Shown piece by piece: positions 48,401 through 56,363 of a stretch of DNA of 64,000 bases; position 1 is the stretch's first letter; every line of letters begins with the position of its first letter. Made by a program: the position numbers and the translations under genes. Below the pieces are notes generated by a model. The model was not told the DNA's origin. It searched no databases and saw only the letters and a list, made by a program, of their open reading frames with translations. The DNA is from Candidatus Levyibacteriota bacterium (GTDB taxonomy: Bacteria; Patescibacteriota; Microgenomatia; Levybacterales; UBA12049), in NCBI GenBank assembly GCA_029260905.1, contig JAJDCH010000012.1, forward strand, positions 2,249 through 66,248, written 5' to 3'.

Positions 48401-48516
48401 CATGTGTGGTGAATATTTATTGATGGAAGCTTGGGATAAAGCGCAACAAAAGGAATCAATCCTCCAACAAGAATCTTTAAAATGTATTTGTCATATAACC
48501 CTAAGAGCTTTTTCAT
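45466..48516 (-). CDS. O-antigen-ligase-like domain fused to a second GT-C-like domain
   Basis: N-half RITSTFGGSYDLAAY, TAQRAA, LLGSGYS, DNDYFRAIGETGVLG; C-half FVADDF, FYRPL, HPTHAENVFW, DRYMYLAS. Confidence 0.7.
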   Translation of the reverse strand: MKKLLGLYDKYILKILVGGLIPFVALYPKLPSINIHHTWVYIRLEDFFILITVFIWFVQLLRKKVSLFKPMSVSVGLYWLVGLLSLVFSFLFIAPNLTNFFPSIAVLSYIRRIEYLILFFVAFSAIKEKSDLRDFFVILASTASAVFLYALGQRYYLILWSALPSLQEIRACFPSFQTGNEEFAKGIPLCLPPGGRITSTFGGSYDLAAYSVLVIPIILGGFLAIKKRIWKILTGLIFLSGIIMLVFTAQRAAFVAFVIGSIFTLVLYKKKILIIPLLIISVLFLSIFSESTARRFLSTFRVAEVVVDDQGKLIGGTVPSGLKSDIEGPNSGEELPEGSAFIGLSQDKDLEKTDSAIVKRTLTPEEARRRRLQSGSVQISTVSGSFLVKKVLLYDISFTTRFQAEWPNAWKAYERNKLLGSGYSTITLATDNDYFRAIGETGVLGLFSFIGIFVMLYVVLLKLAPISKPSLASGFAYGLAGGVLGLLVNAILIDVFEASKVAESLWILSGIGVGSLLLYQKNKISWITELGRVLTTNIAYFFYLLMIIVFVFLPSMGNFFVADDFTWLRWAANDDGSMLLKHFVDAQGFFYRPLDKIITYFLYVIFSFQPHAYHVFITFLHYLGIIGVFLFAKQVSKKGWIAFLVSIIFAIHPTHAENVFWYSGLSGVLAVVFIIYGLISFYRFREKRSILSYCLAFVFSLLAFASYEIAVAIPFVFLAIDICLFRATKKLKYYLPHVLFFALIPAYYILRIFADAFQSGGDYTYNFLKLIPNIIGNFLGYIALFLGGDLVLPVYNSLRDGLRDNSFTVGFLIIIFLGVASFVIYKSRKVINDFFGKDGKEIVFGIVFAFSALIPFLGLGNIADRYMYLASIGFSISLIYFVNLVSAKINKKHKALIAFVFVFVLLLFYYQSLVKAENKWKESGFVTKNTLYFFRANYQNLNNKDYVYLVNTPVKYKGVWAFPTGVEDGLWFIYGDNLPNITYVDSIGLAKKEALKNPTSSYIFSFDKYGDIARVK

Positions 48517-49366
48517 AAGTTTGCTTTAGATAACTATTATTTGTAATTGTGCTTAAAAAAATTAAAGATTTTGCCTTTGTAATTAAGAGATTTTTTGCTA
48601 AATTATATTCAAAACTACTTTTATGTTTTTTATAAAAATATAAAATATTTTTATAAATATTTACTACTGCAAAACTTCTATTTGATGACCCTTGATCTTT
48701 ATGAGTTGCAGAAACAGATGGATAAAAATAAGTAAAGAAATTATTTTTTCTTGCTCTATAACAAAACTCCATATCCTCAACATACATAAAAATGTTTTCA
48801 TCAAAGCCTTCCAACTTTTCAAAAACACTTCTTCTGACCATCATCAAACTTCCCTTTACCCAATCAACTCTTGATGGATTTCTCAAACCCCAAAACCCAA
48901 TCTTTTCAATTCCCAACAGGAAAAGGCTTAACTGAAAAGGATCCAAAAAATTACCATACGACAGCTGCCTTGAACCATCAGTATTTTTCATATCCGCGCC
49001 AACTACTGAGGCATCGCTTGTTTTTTCAAAAAAAAGAGACATCTCCAAAAAGCCCCGATCTTCAACAATAATATCATTATTTAGAAATAGAAACAAATCT
49101 CCTTTTGCTTTTTTTGCGCCGATATTGCAACCCGTACTAAAACCTGCATTTTCATTGTTTAAAATAAGTAATAAATTTTTATAATTTCTCTTTCCAATTT
49201 CTTTTTCTAACTTTTCTCTGTTTTCTTTTTCTGATCCATTGTCTACAAGAATTACTTCAAATACACCTGTTTCTAGTTCTTTTTTAAAATTTTTATAAAT
49301 CGAATCTATACATAAAAGAGTCATCTGAGGCTTATTGTAGTTCAGGGTAATTATTGAAAGATTCAT
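48491..49366 (-). CDS. GT2 glycosyltransferase
   Basis: DNGS, NAGFSTGCNIGA, FLNND, GFDENIFMYVEDME. Confidence 0.9.
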   Translation of the reverse strand: MNLSIITLNYNKPQMTLLCIDSIYKNFKKELETGVFEVILVDNGSEKENREKLEKEIGKRNYKNLLLILNNENAGFSTGCNIGAKKAKGDLFLFLNNDIIVEDRGFLEMSLFFEKTSDASVVGADMKNTDGSRQLSYGNFLDPFQLSLFLLGIEKIGFWGLRNPSRVDWVKGSLMMVRRSVFEKLEGFDENIFMYVEDMEFCYRARKNNFFTYFYPSVSATHKDQGSSNRSFAVVNIYKNILYFYKKHKSSFEYNLAKNLLITKAKSLIFLSTITNNSYLKQTYEKALRVI

Positions 49367-49369
49367 ATC

Positions 49370-49963
49370 CTAGCTAAACCATGCTGCCCTTCCTAACCTG
49401 TAGTCAAAATCTTTAAGCTTGCGATCACTTATCACTTCAGCCGGCACACCCCCAACAATCTTTCCTTTTTCAACATTTTTGGTTACAACTGCGCCTGCTG
49501 CGACAACTGCTCCTTTCCCGATCTTAACACCAGGAAGTATTATTGCGCGAGGTCCTACAAAAACATAATCTGCTATTTCAACAGGTTTTGTGATAGCATT
49601 AAAATCTTTTGAATTTAGATCATGCTGAGCATTGTAAATCATTACATCAGATGCTATATCAACATGATCTCCGATAATTAATTTATCCCGTCCATCAAGC
49701 ACTGACCCCTCTCCAATTATGGTATCTTTTCCAATAAAAATATTTTCTGGATTATAAAATCTTGCACCCATATGAACTGATGATCCAACGCCAATTGAAA
49801 CACCAGATATTCGATAGAAAACTTTTCTGACAAAATGTGAAGGTATAAATCCAACAATACGAAGAATCATTACCCAAAATTCCAGAAGAATAGTATCTAG
49901 TCTATTACTAGTTTTTTTAATAAGTTCTTCTGTGGATAGCACTTTTCCTGCTTTATCTTTCAT
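49370..49963 (-). CDS. Hexapeptide-repeat sugar O-acyltransferase
   Basis: Left-handed beta-helix repeats, ILPGVKIGKGAVVAAGAVVTK, GGVPA. Confidence 0.9.
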   Translation of the reverse strand: MKDKAGKVLSTEELIKKTSNRLDTILLEFWVMILRIVGFIPSHFVRKVFYRISGVSIGVGSSVHMGARFYNPENIFIGKDTIIGEGSVLDGRDKLIIGDHVDIASDVMIYNAQHDLNSKDFNAITKPVEIADYVFVGPRAIILPGVKIGKGAVVAAGAVVTKNVEKGKIVGGVPAEVISDRKLKDFDYRLGRAAWFS

Positions 49964-49995
49964 AACTTATGATTTCTTGCATCATATATCCTAAA

Positions 49996-51147
49996 TCATT
50001 TATCGCTTCCTGCTGCTTTTTGTATAACCCTAAGTGTTTCCTTTGCTGTTTTTTCCCAACTAAATTTCTTTATCTGTTTTTTTCCTTTTTCTACCAATTC
50101 TTTTCTCAAATCCTTATCATCAACTAGCCTTTTGATCTTCTCAGCTATATCATCAACATCTTCTGGATCTACGTAAAGCGCTGCATCTCCCCCAACTTCA
50201 GGCAGACTACTGACATTACTTGTTATTACCGGACAACCATCTTTCATCGCCTCGAGAACAGGAAGTCCAAATCCCTCGTAGAGAGATGGGAGGACAAAAC
50301 AGATCGCATTTTTATACAAAATACTTAAATCACGATCATCAACATTTTCAAGAAACTTAACCTGTTTTTCAATACCAAATTTTTGTGGGGCTGATAAAAT
50401 TTCTTCAAACTGCCAACCCTTCTTACCAACAATCACCAGCTCCAGATCCGCTTTGCTTAGTACTTTATACTTAACACTTAATACTTTACTGAATGCCTCT
50501 ATTAACTTTGCAATATTTTTCCTAGGCTGAAGAGTCCCAACAAAAAGAACAAAATTATTACCTATTTTATATTTTTTCTTGAAATCCTTCATATTTCCTA
50601 AATCATAAGTCTTAAAACTTAAATCATTTTTAATTCCGGGATATGTAACCACCACCTCGCTTGATGACTTTTTATACTCCCTGATTATATCATTTTTACT
50701 TGAATTACTGATTGTAAGAATACTCTTTGCATTTCGCACTGAATACTTTGTCCAACTTTTTAGTTGATGTAGGTCATTTGCATTAAAAAGCTCAGAAAAA
50801 TACAAATATGATAAATCCATTACTGATATTACCGTTGGACATGGTGAGAGTCTGGGAGCATAGTGACTGGGGCTAAAAAAAACATCAGGCTTTATCCCAC
50901 CAAAAAATAAATCCAAGGGCAACCTCCATTGTGTCCACAGCCTGCCAGGCCTTAAGACTCGGTACTTCCAATTGCCAGATTCTTTTGGCATATCAGAGAG
51001 CTGCTTATTCTTTAGATAAACAACAAAACTAATGGCTGATGGCTGATGACTGATGACTGAAAACTCCCTCAATAATTCAAACGCGTATTGTCCTATTCCG
51101 ACGCGCTTTTCTACATTTGCCTCATTTCCATCAATTCCAATTATCAT
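49996..51147 (-). CDS. GT4 glycosyltransferase
   Basis: [33 protein letters not shown]. Confidence 0.93.
   Translation of the reverse strand: MIIGIDGNEANVEKRVGIGQYAFELLREFSVISHQPSAISFVVYLKNKQLSDMPKESGNWKYRVLRPGRLWTQWRLPLDLFFGGIKPDVFFSPSHYAPRLSPCPTVISVMDLSYLYFSELFNANDLHQLKSWTKYSVRNAKSILTISNSSKNDIIREYKKSSSEVVVTYPGIKNDLSFKTYDLGNMKDFKKKYKIGNNFVLFVGTLQPRKNIAKLIEAFSKVLSVKYKVLSKADLELVIVGKKGWQFEEILSAPQKFGIEKQVKFLENVDDRDLSILYKNAICFVLPSLYEGFGLPVLEAMKDGCPVITSNVSSLPEVGGDAALYVDPEDVDDIAEKIKRLVDDKDLRKELVEKGKKQIKKFSWEKTAKETLRVIQKAAGSDK
50454..50488. repeat. Heptamer array (TACTTAA-like x5) in GT4
   Basis: tgcttag tacttta tacttaa cacttaa tacttta; encodes [11 protein letters not shown]. Confidence 0.85.
50597..50631. 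repeat. Degenerate heptamer array in GT4 linker
   Basis: cctaaat cataagt cttaaaa cttaaat cattttt; encodes [11 protein letters not shown]. Confidence 0.65.
51029..51063. repeat. Heptamer array (CTGATGA-like x5) in GT4
   Basis: ctaatgg ctgatgg ctgatga ctgatga ctgaaaa; encodes [12 protein letters not shown]. Confidence 0.9.
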
Positions 51148-51149
51148 AA

Positions 51150-51686
51150 TTACATTCCCGGACTTGCAACGGACAATCTATCCCGCTTAATTCCAAGTAT
51201 TTCAATTGCATCAGTTCTTGTTTGATCTGAAATACAAATTATCTGATCACATTCCTTCTTTACCCAATTCAATCTTCGCCTTTGAGTTTGAACTATCCTG
51301 CTATGAGTCTCTTCTGGATATCGATAAACAATAAGGTCATAAAGAATAGTCACTTTTTTGGCGCGTTTAGTTGGAGGCTGTGTCCAGTCAGATGAGACAA
51401 AAACATCAACTGGTCCAATCAATTCTTCAATTGGCATTATGTGAAGCTGATTCCAAAAAACATCAAGCATGGTCGATGGCATCTTCTTTAGATTAAGAGT
51501 AAAATTTTTATTTCTTTCTGCTATGTCTTTTGCAAATTGAGGTACTTTTTTCCGGAGGGAAGAGAAAAAAAGAATATATTCATTTTTTTTATCAACTGCT
51601 GCCAAATTCTCAACCAAATTTTGCACATAGTTTGCAACACCTGTATTCTCGTATGCAGTTTGTGATATGTCTATTCCTATTTTCAT
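51150..51686 (-). CDS. GT4 N-terminal (acceptor) domain only
   Basis: MKIGIDIS..TGVANY, TILYDL, IICISDQTRTD; ends at 178 aa with no EX7E domain. Confidence 0.8.
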   Translation of the reverse strand: MKIGIDISQTAYENTGVANYVQNLVENLAAVDKKNEYILFFSSLRKKVPQFAKDIAERNKNFTLNLKKMPSTMLDVFWNQLHIMPIEELIGPVDVFVSSDWTQPPTKRAKKVTILYDLIVYRYPEETHSRIVQTQRRRLNWVKKECDQIICISDQTRTDAIEILGIKRDRLSVASPGM

Positions 51687-51690
51687 AATT

Positions 51691-51757
51691 TAAATAGCTA
51701 AATAGTTGTATGGCTATATTGCTCATAACTATCTAGCCATATAGTTATCTCGCTATT
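51691..51757. repeat. Intergenic ~8-bp-period array forming an imperfect inverted repeat
   Basis: taaatagc taaatagt tgtatggc tatattgc tcataac tatctagc catatagt tatctcgc. Confidence 0.7.
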
Positions 51758-51760
51758 CCA

Positions 51761-52696
51761 TTACCCCTCGCTTGAAAATTTCAATGGAAAACTTTTTTCG
51801 TAATCTGATCTGTTTTGAGAAATATTTATTACTAGATCAGCAATAAATCCTGTGAAGAAAATCTGAAGACCGGCTATGAAAAGAAGTATTCCAAAAAGAA
51901 GCAGTGGTCTATCTCCTATCGTTTCTCCAGAAAACCACAATACAATCAAATAAGAAAGAATAACTAATCCAATAAACGCCGCCCCACCTCCGATAAAACC
52001 AAAAAAATGCATCGGCTTCTTGCCAAATTTGGAAAGAAAAATCATGGTAAACATGTCTGGAATATCTTTAAAGACTTTTGAAAAACCGTATTTGGATTTT
52101 CCAAACTTTCGTACCTCATGAACAACGGGAATCTCGGTTACACTAAACCCACTTTGCACAGCTAAAAGTGGTATAAATCTATGAAGCCCTCCATACAGTC
52201 GAAGAGACTTTGCAAGATCTTTTGAATATGCCTTAAATCCACAGTTATAATCATGTACATCTATACCAAAAATATAGTTTAATAATTTATTAAAAATCTT
52301 TGATATCACAAGCATTTTCTTCTTATCTTTTCTTTCTTTTCTCCATCCACAGACCAAATCTACTCCCTTCCTACTTTCTTTCAAGAAGCCTGAAATCTCT
52401 GAGGGCTTATCCTGAAGATCTGCATCCATTGTAATCACAATTTCTCCTCTTGCTTTTGCAAAACCAAGAGTTAATGCCTCTGATTTACCTAGGTTCCGAC
52501 GAAATGAAAAAATGCGGATCGATTTGTCTTCTTTGGATAAGTCTTTTAATATTTCAAGTGATTTGTCAACTGATCCATCGTCAACAAAAACCACTTCTGA
52601 ATCTTCCTTCAAGTCTGACAAGACAGTCTTCAGCTCTATATAAAAGGCCTCGACTCCTTCTTCTTCATTAAAAACAGGAACGACAATTGAAATCAT
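51761..52696 (-). CDS. GT2 polyprenol-phosphate glycosyltransferase (ArnC/DPM-like)
   Basis: VVPVFNEE, VDDGS, MDADLQD, DYNCGFK, LHRFIP, two C-terminal TMs. Confidence 0.92.
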   Translation of the reverse strand: MISIVVPVFNEEEGVEAFYIELKTVLSDLKEDSEVVFVDDGSVDKSLEILKDLSKEDKSIRIFSFRRNLGKSEALTLGFAKARGEIVITMDADLQDKPSEISGFLKESRKGVDLVCGWRKERKDKKKMLVISKIFNKLLNYIFGIDVHDYNCGFKAYSKDLAKSLRLYGGLHRFIPLLAVQSGFSVTEIPVVHEVRKFGKSKYGFSKVFKDIPDMFTMIFLSKFGKKPMHFFGFIGGGAAFIGLVILSYLIVLWFSGETIGDRPLLLFGILLFIAGLQIFFTGFIADLVINISQNRSDYEKSFPLKFSSEG

Positions 52697-52786
52697 AGAG
52701 GTATTTTAACACTTTTTTGCATTCAAGACTATGCGAACAAAAAATCTAACCCCCAAGAATCAAGCTGCTCTGAACCCAAAAATTTT

Positions 52787-55711
52787 TTAAAACAGATAGT
52801 TTATCTGCCCTTTTTCTGTAATTATTTGCAATATTTTTATTCCTTCATACTCTTGCTTCTTCTTGTCTTCAACTACTTTCGTGATGTTTTCTTTGGGGTC
52901 ATACTTCAGAACTATTTTATCTTGATTATTTAGCTGAAGCTTCTGGTCAAATTGCTTAATTTCTCCATTTTCATCTTCTTTATATGCAACCACAAATTTA
53001 TTTTTATCCAGTTCAAAAGACTGATCATTGTATGATAATGAATAGATATTTAGCTTACTTCTTTTTCCCTTCTCTCTTTCTCTGTCCTCAACAACTAATT
53101 CATTTCCTGCAATGTCTGATATTATTATTTGCTCCCTTTTCTTTCCAAAATCTTTTTCTTCTATGTCTACTTTTCCTGAATCATCTATACCAATAAATTC
53201 AATTTCTTGTTTATCTCTGTTGAATTGAACTTTTACCTCAGGTGTTGTTTTGTCGATATGAAACTCTACTGATTTAGGTTCTTCCAGATTTCCATCTTTA
53301 TCTTGAGAATAATAATCAATCTTGTAGCTATTCTCTTCACTAAATTTAATCGGGTCTGTGTATTCTTGCCACTCCTCACCTTCAATCTTATAAAGCACTA
53401 TTTCAACCCCAAGACCTCCTTGGTTGTCAATGCTATCAAGTGAAAACTCTACATCAAAGCGAAACCAATTATCTTTCCCTTCCACTCCTTTTAGATTTAC
53501 AGATGTAGTGGGAGGAGATGTATCAATCCTCTCACCCATCAAAGCAAAATATGTCAGATGGTCAACTTCTGTTGTTGCATTTTTATTAAAAAAATCAATT
53601 AACGTATTTTCTTTTTTCCATGTCTTTCTATCTGTACTTGAATAAATCGAAACTGTTCCAGGTTTGAATCTTGAAATATCGGCCTGACTAAAATCAATAG
53701 TTATTTTTATTGGTTTTACCAAAGTTGTTATTAATTCTCCAAAAGGATTTCTAAGAAAAATATTTATTATTTGACCAATGGGTACGACTATTTCTGATAT
53801 CTTTTCAGATGGGAAAAGATTTGCAGAAAATTCCAATCCTTCAAGCGTTTCTTCTTCGGGAAGAAATAGCTCATATCTGCCAATTTCGAAAATTCCACCA
53901 TTTGCTGTTAATTTTTTATCAAGTTTTGGGATTTTCTTTTTCCAAAGATAATAACTTCTATTTCCTGTTTTTTGCACTCCGTGTTGAAAAAATGAATAAT
54001 TCTCCCATGGATCAGGATCAGCTGACTGCCAACCAAATGGATCCGTTGCACCATCAGGAATATTATCATTAAAGCTACCATCGTTATTTTTGTCCTGAAA
54101 AACTCCAAAATGAATATGAGGACCTGTTGTATGTTCGCCAGTTGAGCCAACTCTTCCGATAACAGTTTCTCTATCAACCGGTATATTTACACCTGGAGTT
54201 TTCGCAATAAGTCCCGTACTTTGAAGATGATAATACCTGGTCTGATATCCGTTGCCATGATCTATAAATATACCATGACCTCCAGCTCTGTCATAAACAT
54301 ACTGCGCAATTCCTGGAGCTGCTGGATATACAGGATCGCCATTTTTGACACCTGCTTTATATGCACCCCAATCATATCCATCATGACGAGAATAATCTCT
54401 CTCAGCATCACTTAGACCATCAAATGCTGTTATCTGATTTGAAAAATTAGCAGGCTCAATCATGCCCCCGCCAAGCAGCGGATAACTATGATCAAAATAC
54501 GCATTTATCTCCAATCCTACGTCTTCAAATTTCTTTCCTTGCCCCTCATAATTCCATGGAAGATCCAGAAACGGCGCCGGCGCGCTTTTTTCCCTTAGTA
54601 TCTCTGCGCTTTTTAACCATTCTGAATCAGAATCTAATCCACCTACTACCAGGATATCTCCATTTTTAAGCAAAACTGCCATGTGAAATGTCCTCACATT
54701 ATTCATAGCAGGCATCAACTTCCATTCATTACTACTAGGGCTATATAACTCGACAAGATTTGTCGCTATAGTCTCGTCAATATTATTCATACTTGACCCT
54801 CCTAGCACCATCACTTCACCACTTGGCATCAGAACAGCTTGATGAAATGCTCTTTTTGTATCCATATCATCTGCCTTACTCCATGCTCCTGTTGAGGGAT
54901 TATAGATTTCAGCTCCTTTTGAGGTGATATTTATATCAGTTCCTCCCGTCACAAGCACTCTTCCATCTGTTAATAATGTTGCAGTGTGCCCAAAACGACT
55001 TTCGTTCATACTTCCAGTTGGCTGCCAGGTATTAGTTAACGGATCATATATCTCTGCGCTTTTAAGAAAAGTGGATGAGTTAATCTGTCCACCTGTCACA
55101 AGGACTTTACCATTATTGAGCCTAGTTGCAGTATGAAAAAAACGCGGGCTGTTCATCTGCGCAGCCTCAGACCAACTATTTGAAGTAAGCTTATAAATCT
55201 CTGCCCTCCATAATATAGAAAATGACGTAGTTAACCCTCCCGTAACCAAAACATTGCCATTATCAAGAAGTGTGGCTCTATGAAAAAATCTGGGATCAAT
55301 CATATCTCCACCTTTTACCCAGCTATTGTTTTCAAAATCATATATCTCTGAAGATATCAGCTCCGAATTATTTTTGCCATAACCAAATCCAGCTATCAAT
55401 AGCTTGCCGTTTTTAAGATCAGTAACTGTACTTCCCTGTATGGCCATTGATACGGGCGATGTTTGCTCCCATTTTTCAGTTTTAGAGTTAAAAAGCTCTG
55501 CTACTGATTCTCCTTGAGAAGAACTATTACCGACAATAAGTACTTTCCCGTTTTGAAGCAGTGTAGCCTGAGGCAAAAATCGTGAAGCTCGCATATCATC
55601 TACATTCTCCCAGCTTCCAAGATTTTGAGCATGGATGTTTGGGACAGAAACAAAAAGGAATAACAAAACAAAAAGAGGTAATAAAAATAAAGTTGTTAGC
55701 TTTTGCTTCAT
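52787..55711 (-). CDS. Secreted Kelch beta-propeller + M23 peptidase + Ig-like domain protein
   Basis: Signal peptide; six Kelch blades (R.FH.ATLL.NG.VLVTGG...AEIY...W); M23 HDGYD, YYHL, GPHIHF; D..PPTT...IDYYS.DK.GN.E...F.IDKT.P Ig-like module. Confidence 0.88.
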   Translation of the reverse strand: MKQKLTTLFLLPLFVLLFLFVSVPNIHAQNLGSWENVDDMRASRFLPQATLLQNGKVLIVGNSSSQGESVAELFNSKTEKWEQTSPVSMAIQGSTVTDLKNGKLLIAGFGYGKNNSELISSEIYDFENNSWVKGGDMIDPRFFHRATLLDNGNVLVTGGLTTSFSILWRAEIYKLTSNSWSEAAQMNSPRFFHTATRLNNGKVLVTGGQINSSTFLKSAEIYDPLTNTWQPTGSMNESRFGHTATLLTDGRVLVTGGTDINITSKGAEIYNPSTGAWSKADDMDTKRAFHQAVLMPSGEVMVLGGSSMNNIDETIATNLVELYSPSSNEWKLMPAMNNVRTFHMAVLLKNGDILVVGGLDSDSEWLKSAEILREKSAPAPFLDLPWNYEGQGKKFEDVGLEINAYFDHSYPLLGGGMIEPANFSNQITAFDGLSDAERDYSRHDGYDWGAYKAGVKNGDPVYPAAPGIAQYVYDRAGGHGIFIDHGNGYQTRYYHLQSTGLIAKTPGVNIPVDRETVIGRVGSTGEHTTGPHIHFGVFQDKNNDGSFNDNIPDGATDPFGWQSADPDPWENYSFFQHGVQKTGNRSYYLWKKKIPKLDKKLTANGGIFEIGRYELFLPEEETLEGLEFSANLFPSEKISEIVVPIGQIINIFLRNPFGELITTLVKPIKITIDFSQADISRFKPGTVSIYSSTDRKTWKKENTLIDFFNKNATTEVDHLTYFALMGERIDTSPPTTSVNLKGVEGKDNWFRFDVEFSLDSIDNQGGLGVEIVLYKIEGEEWQEYTDPIKFSEENSYKIDYYSQDKDGNLEEPKSVEFHIDKTTPEVKVQFNRDKQEIEFIGIDDSGKVDIEEKDFGKKREQIIISDIAGNELVVEDREREKGKRSKLNIYSLSYNDQSFELDKNKFVVAYKEDENGEIKQFDQKLQLNNQDKIVLKYDPKENITKVVEDKKKQEYEGIKILQIITEKGQINYLF

Positions 55712-56256
55712 GGATCGTATTGGAAAGATCTGGCTATTTGGTCAAGGTCATTGTACAAAATCTTATCATCTGCTGAAAATGCATAAACCCGACCTTCTGA
55801 TATAAAAATAAAGTATACTTTTCTAGAAGGAATAGTATTGCTAAATACATGTGTGCGAAAAGCCGCATCGTGTCCATCTATCAATAATCTTTGATCTATT
55901 TGTACTTCCATTGTCCTTCGAGAGTCAAAAACCTTTAGAAACTCATTTAAGTTGTTCTGATTTGTGGTCAATTTATCTATTTTTATCTGACCAAATTCAG
56001 CGTCTAAAATTATTGTATTAAACCTCTCCTCCACCTCATATTCAGCAGGGTATTTGAAAGTTAACTTTAGAAAATCAGAATGGTATGTTTTAAGAGCTGG
56101 TGTGGGGGTGATTGTTTTTTGAATTTCAGGTTTTGAGATGTTATCAATTGATTGACTGCTGGACATCAGGCTTACCAACCACAAAACACTTAACGCTAAA
56201 ATCCCGATTAGAATATGGATTTGGAAATTTTTCTTTATACTTTTCTTCTTTGCCAT
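55708..56256 (-). CDS. Membrane-anchored PsbP/Mog1-like hypothetical protein
   Basis: N-terminal TM, KTYHSDFLKLTFKYP...LDQIARSFQY; ATGA overlap with the peptidase gene; start taken at ATG 56256. Confidence 0.65.
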   Translation of the reverse strand: MAKKKSIKKNFQIHILIGILALSVLWLVSLMSSSQSIDNISKPEIQKTITPTPALKTYHSDFLKLTFKYPAEYEVEERFNTIILDAEFGQIKIDKLTTNQNNLNEFLKVFDSRRTMEVQIDQRLLIDGHDAAFRTHVFSNTIPSRKVYFIFISEGRVYAFSADDKILYNDLDQIARSFQYDP

Positions 56257-56363
56257 AAATATGCCCCTACAAATTATACTACGTAGCTTTTCTGAAAAAT
56301 GCAAGACCAAGATTAATGAAGGATAAAGCAATTAAATCCCGATGATTTTAATTCCCTACTAGA

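Noticed and set aside
86-51757. Repeat arrays as CRISPR
   Set aside because: Units are 7-14 bp, contiguous, without spacers, and no cas genes are present.
54590-55600. Dispersed DNA repeats such as TATCTCTGCGCTTTT
   Set aside because: Explained by Kelch blade repeats at the protein level.
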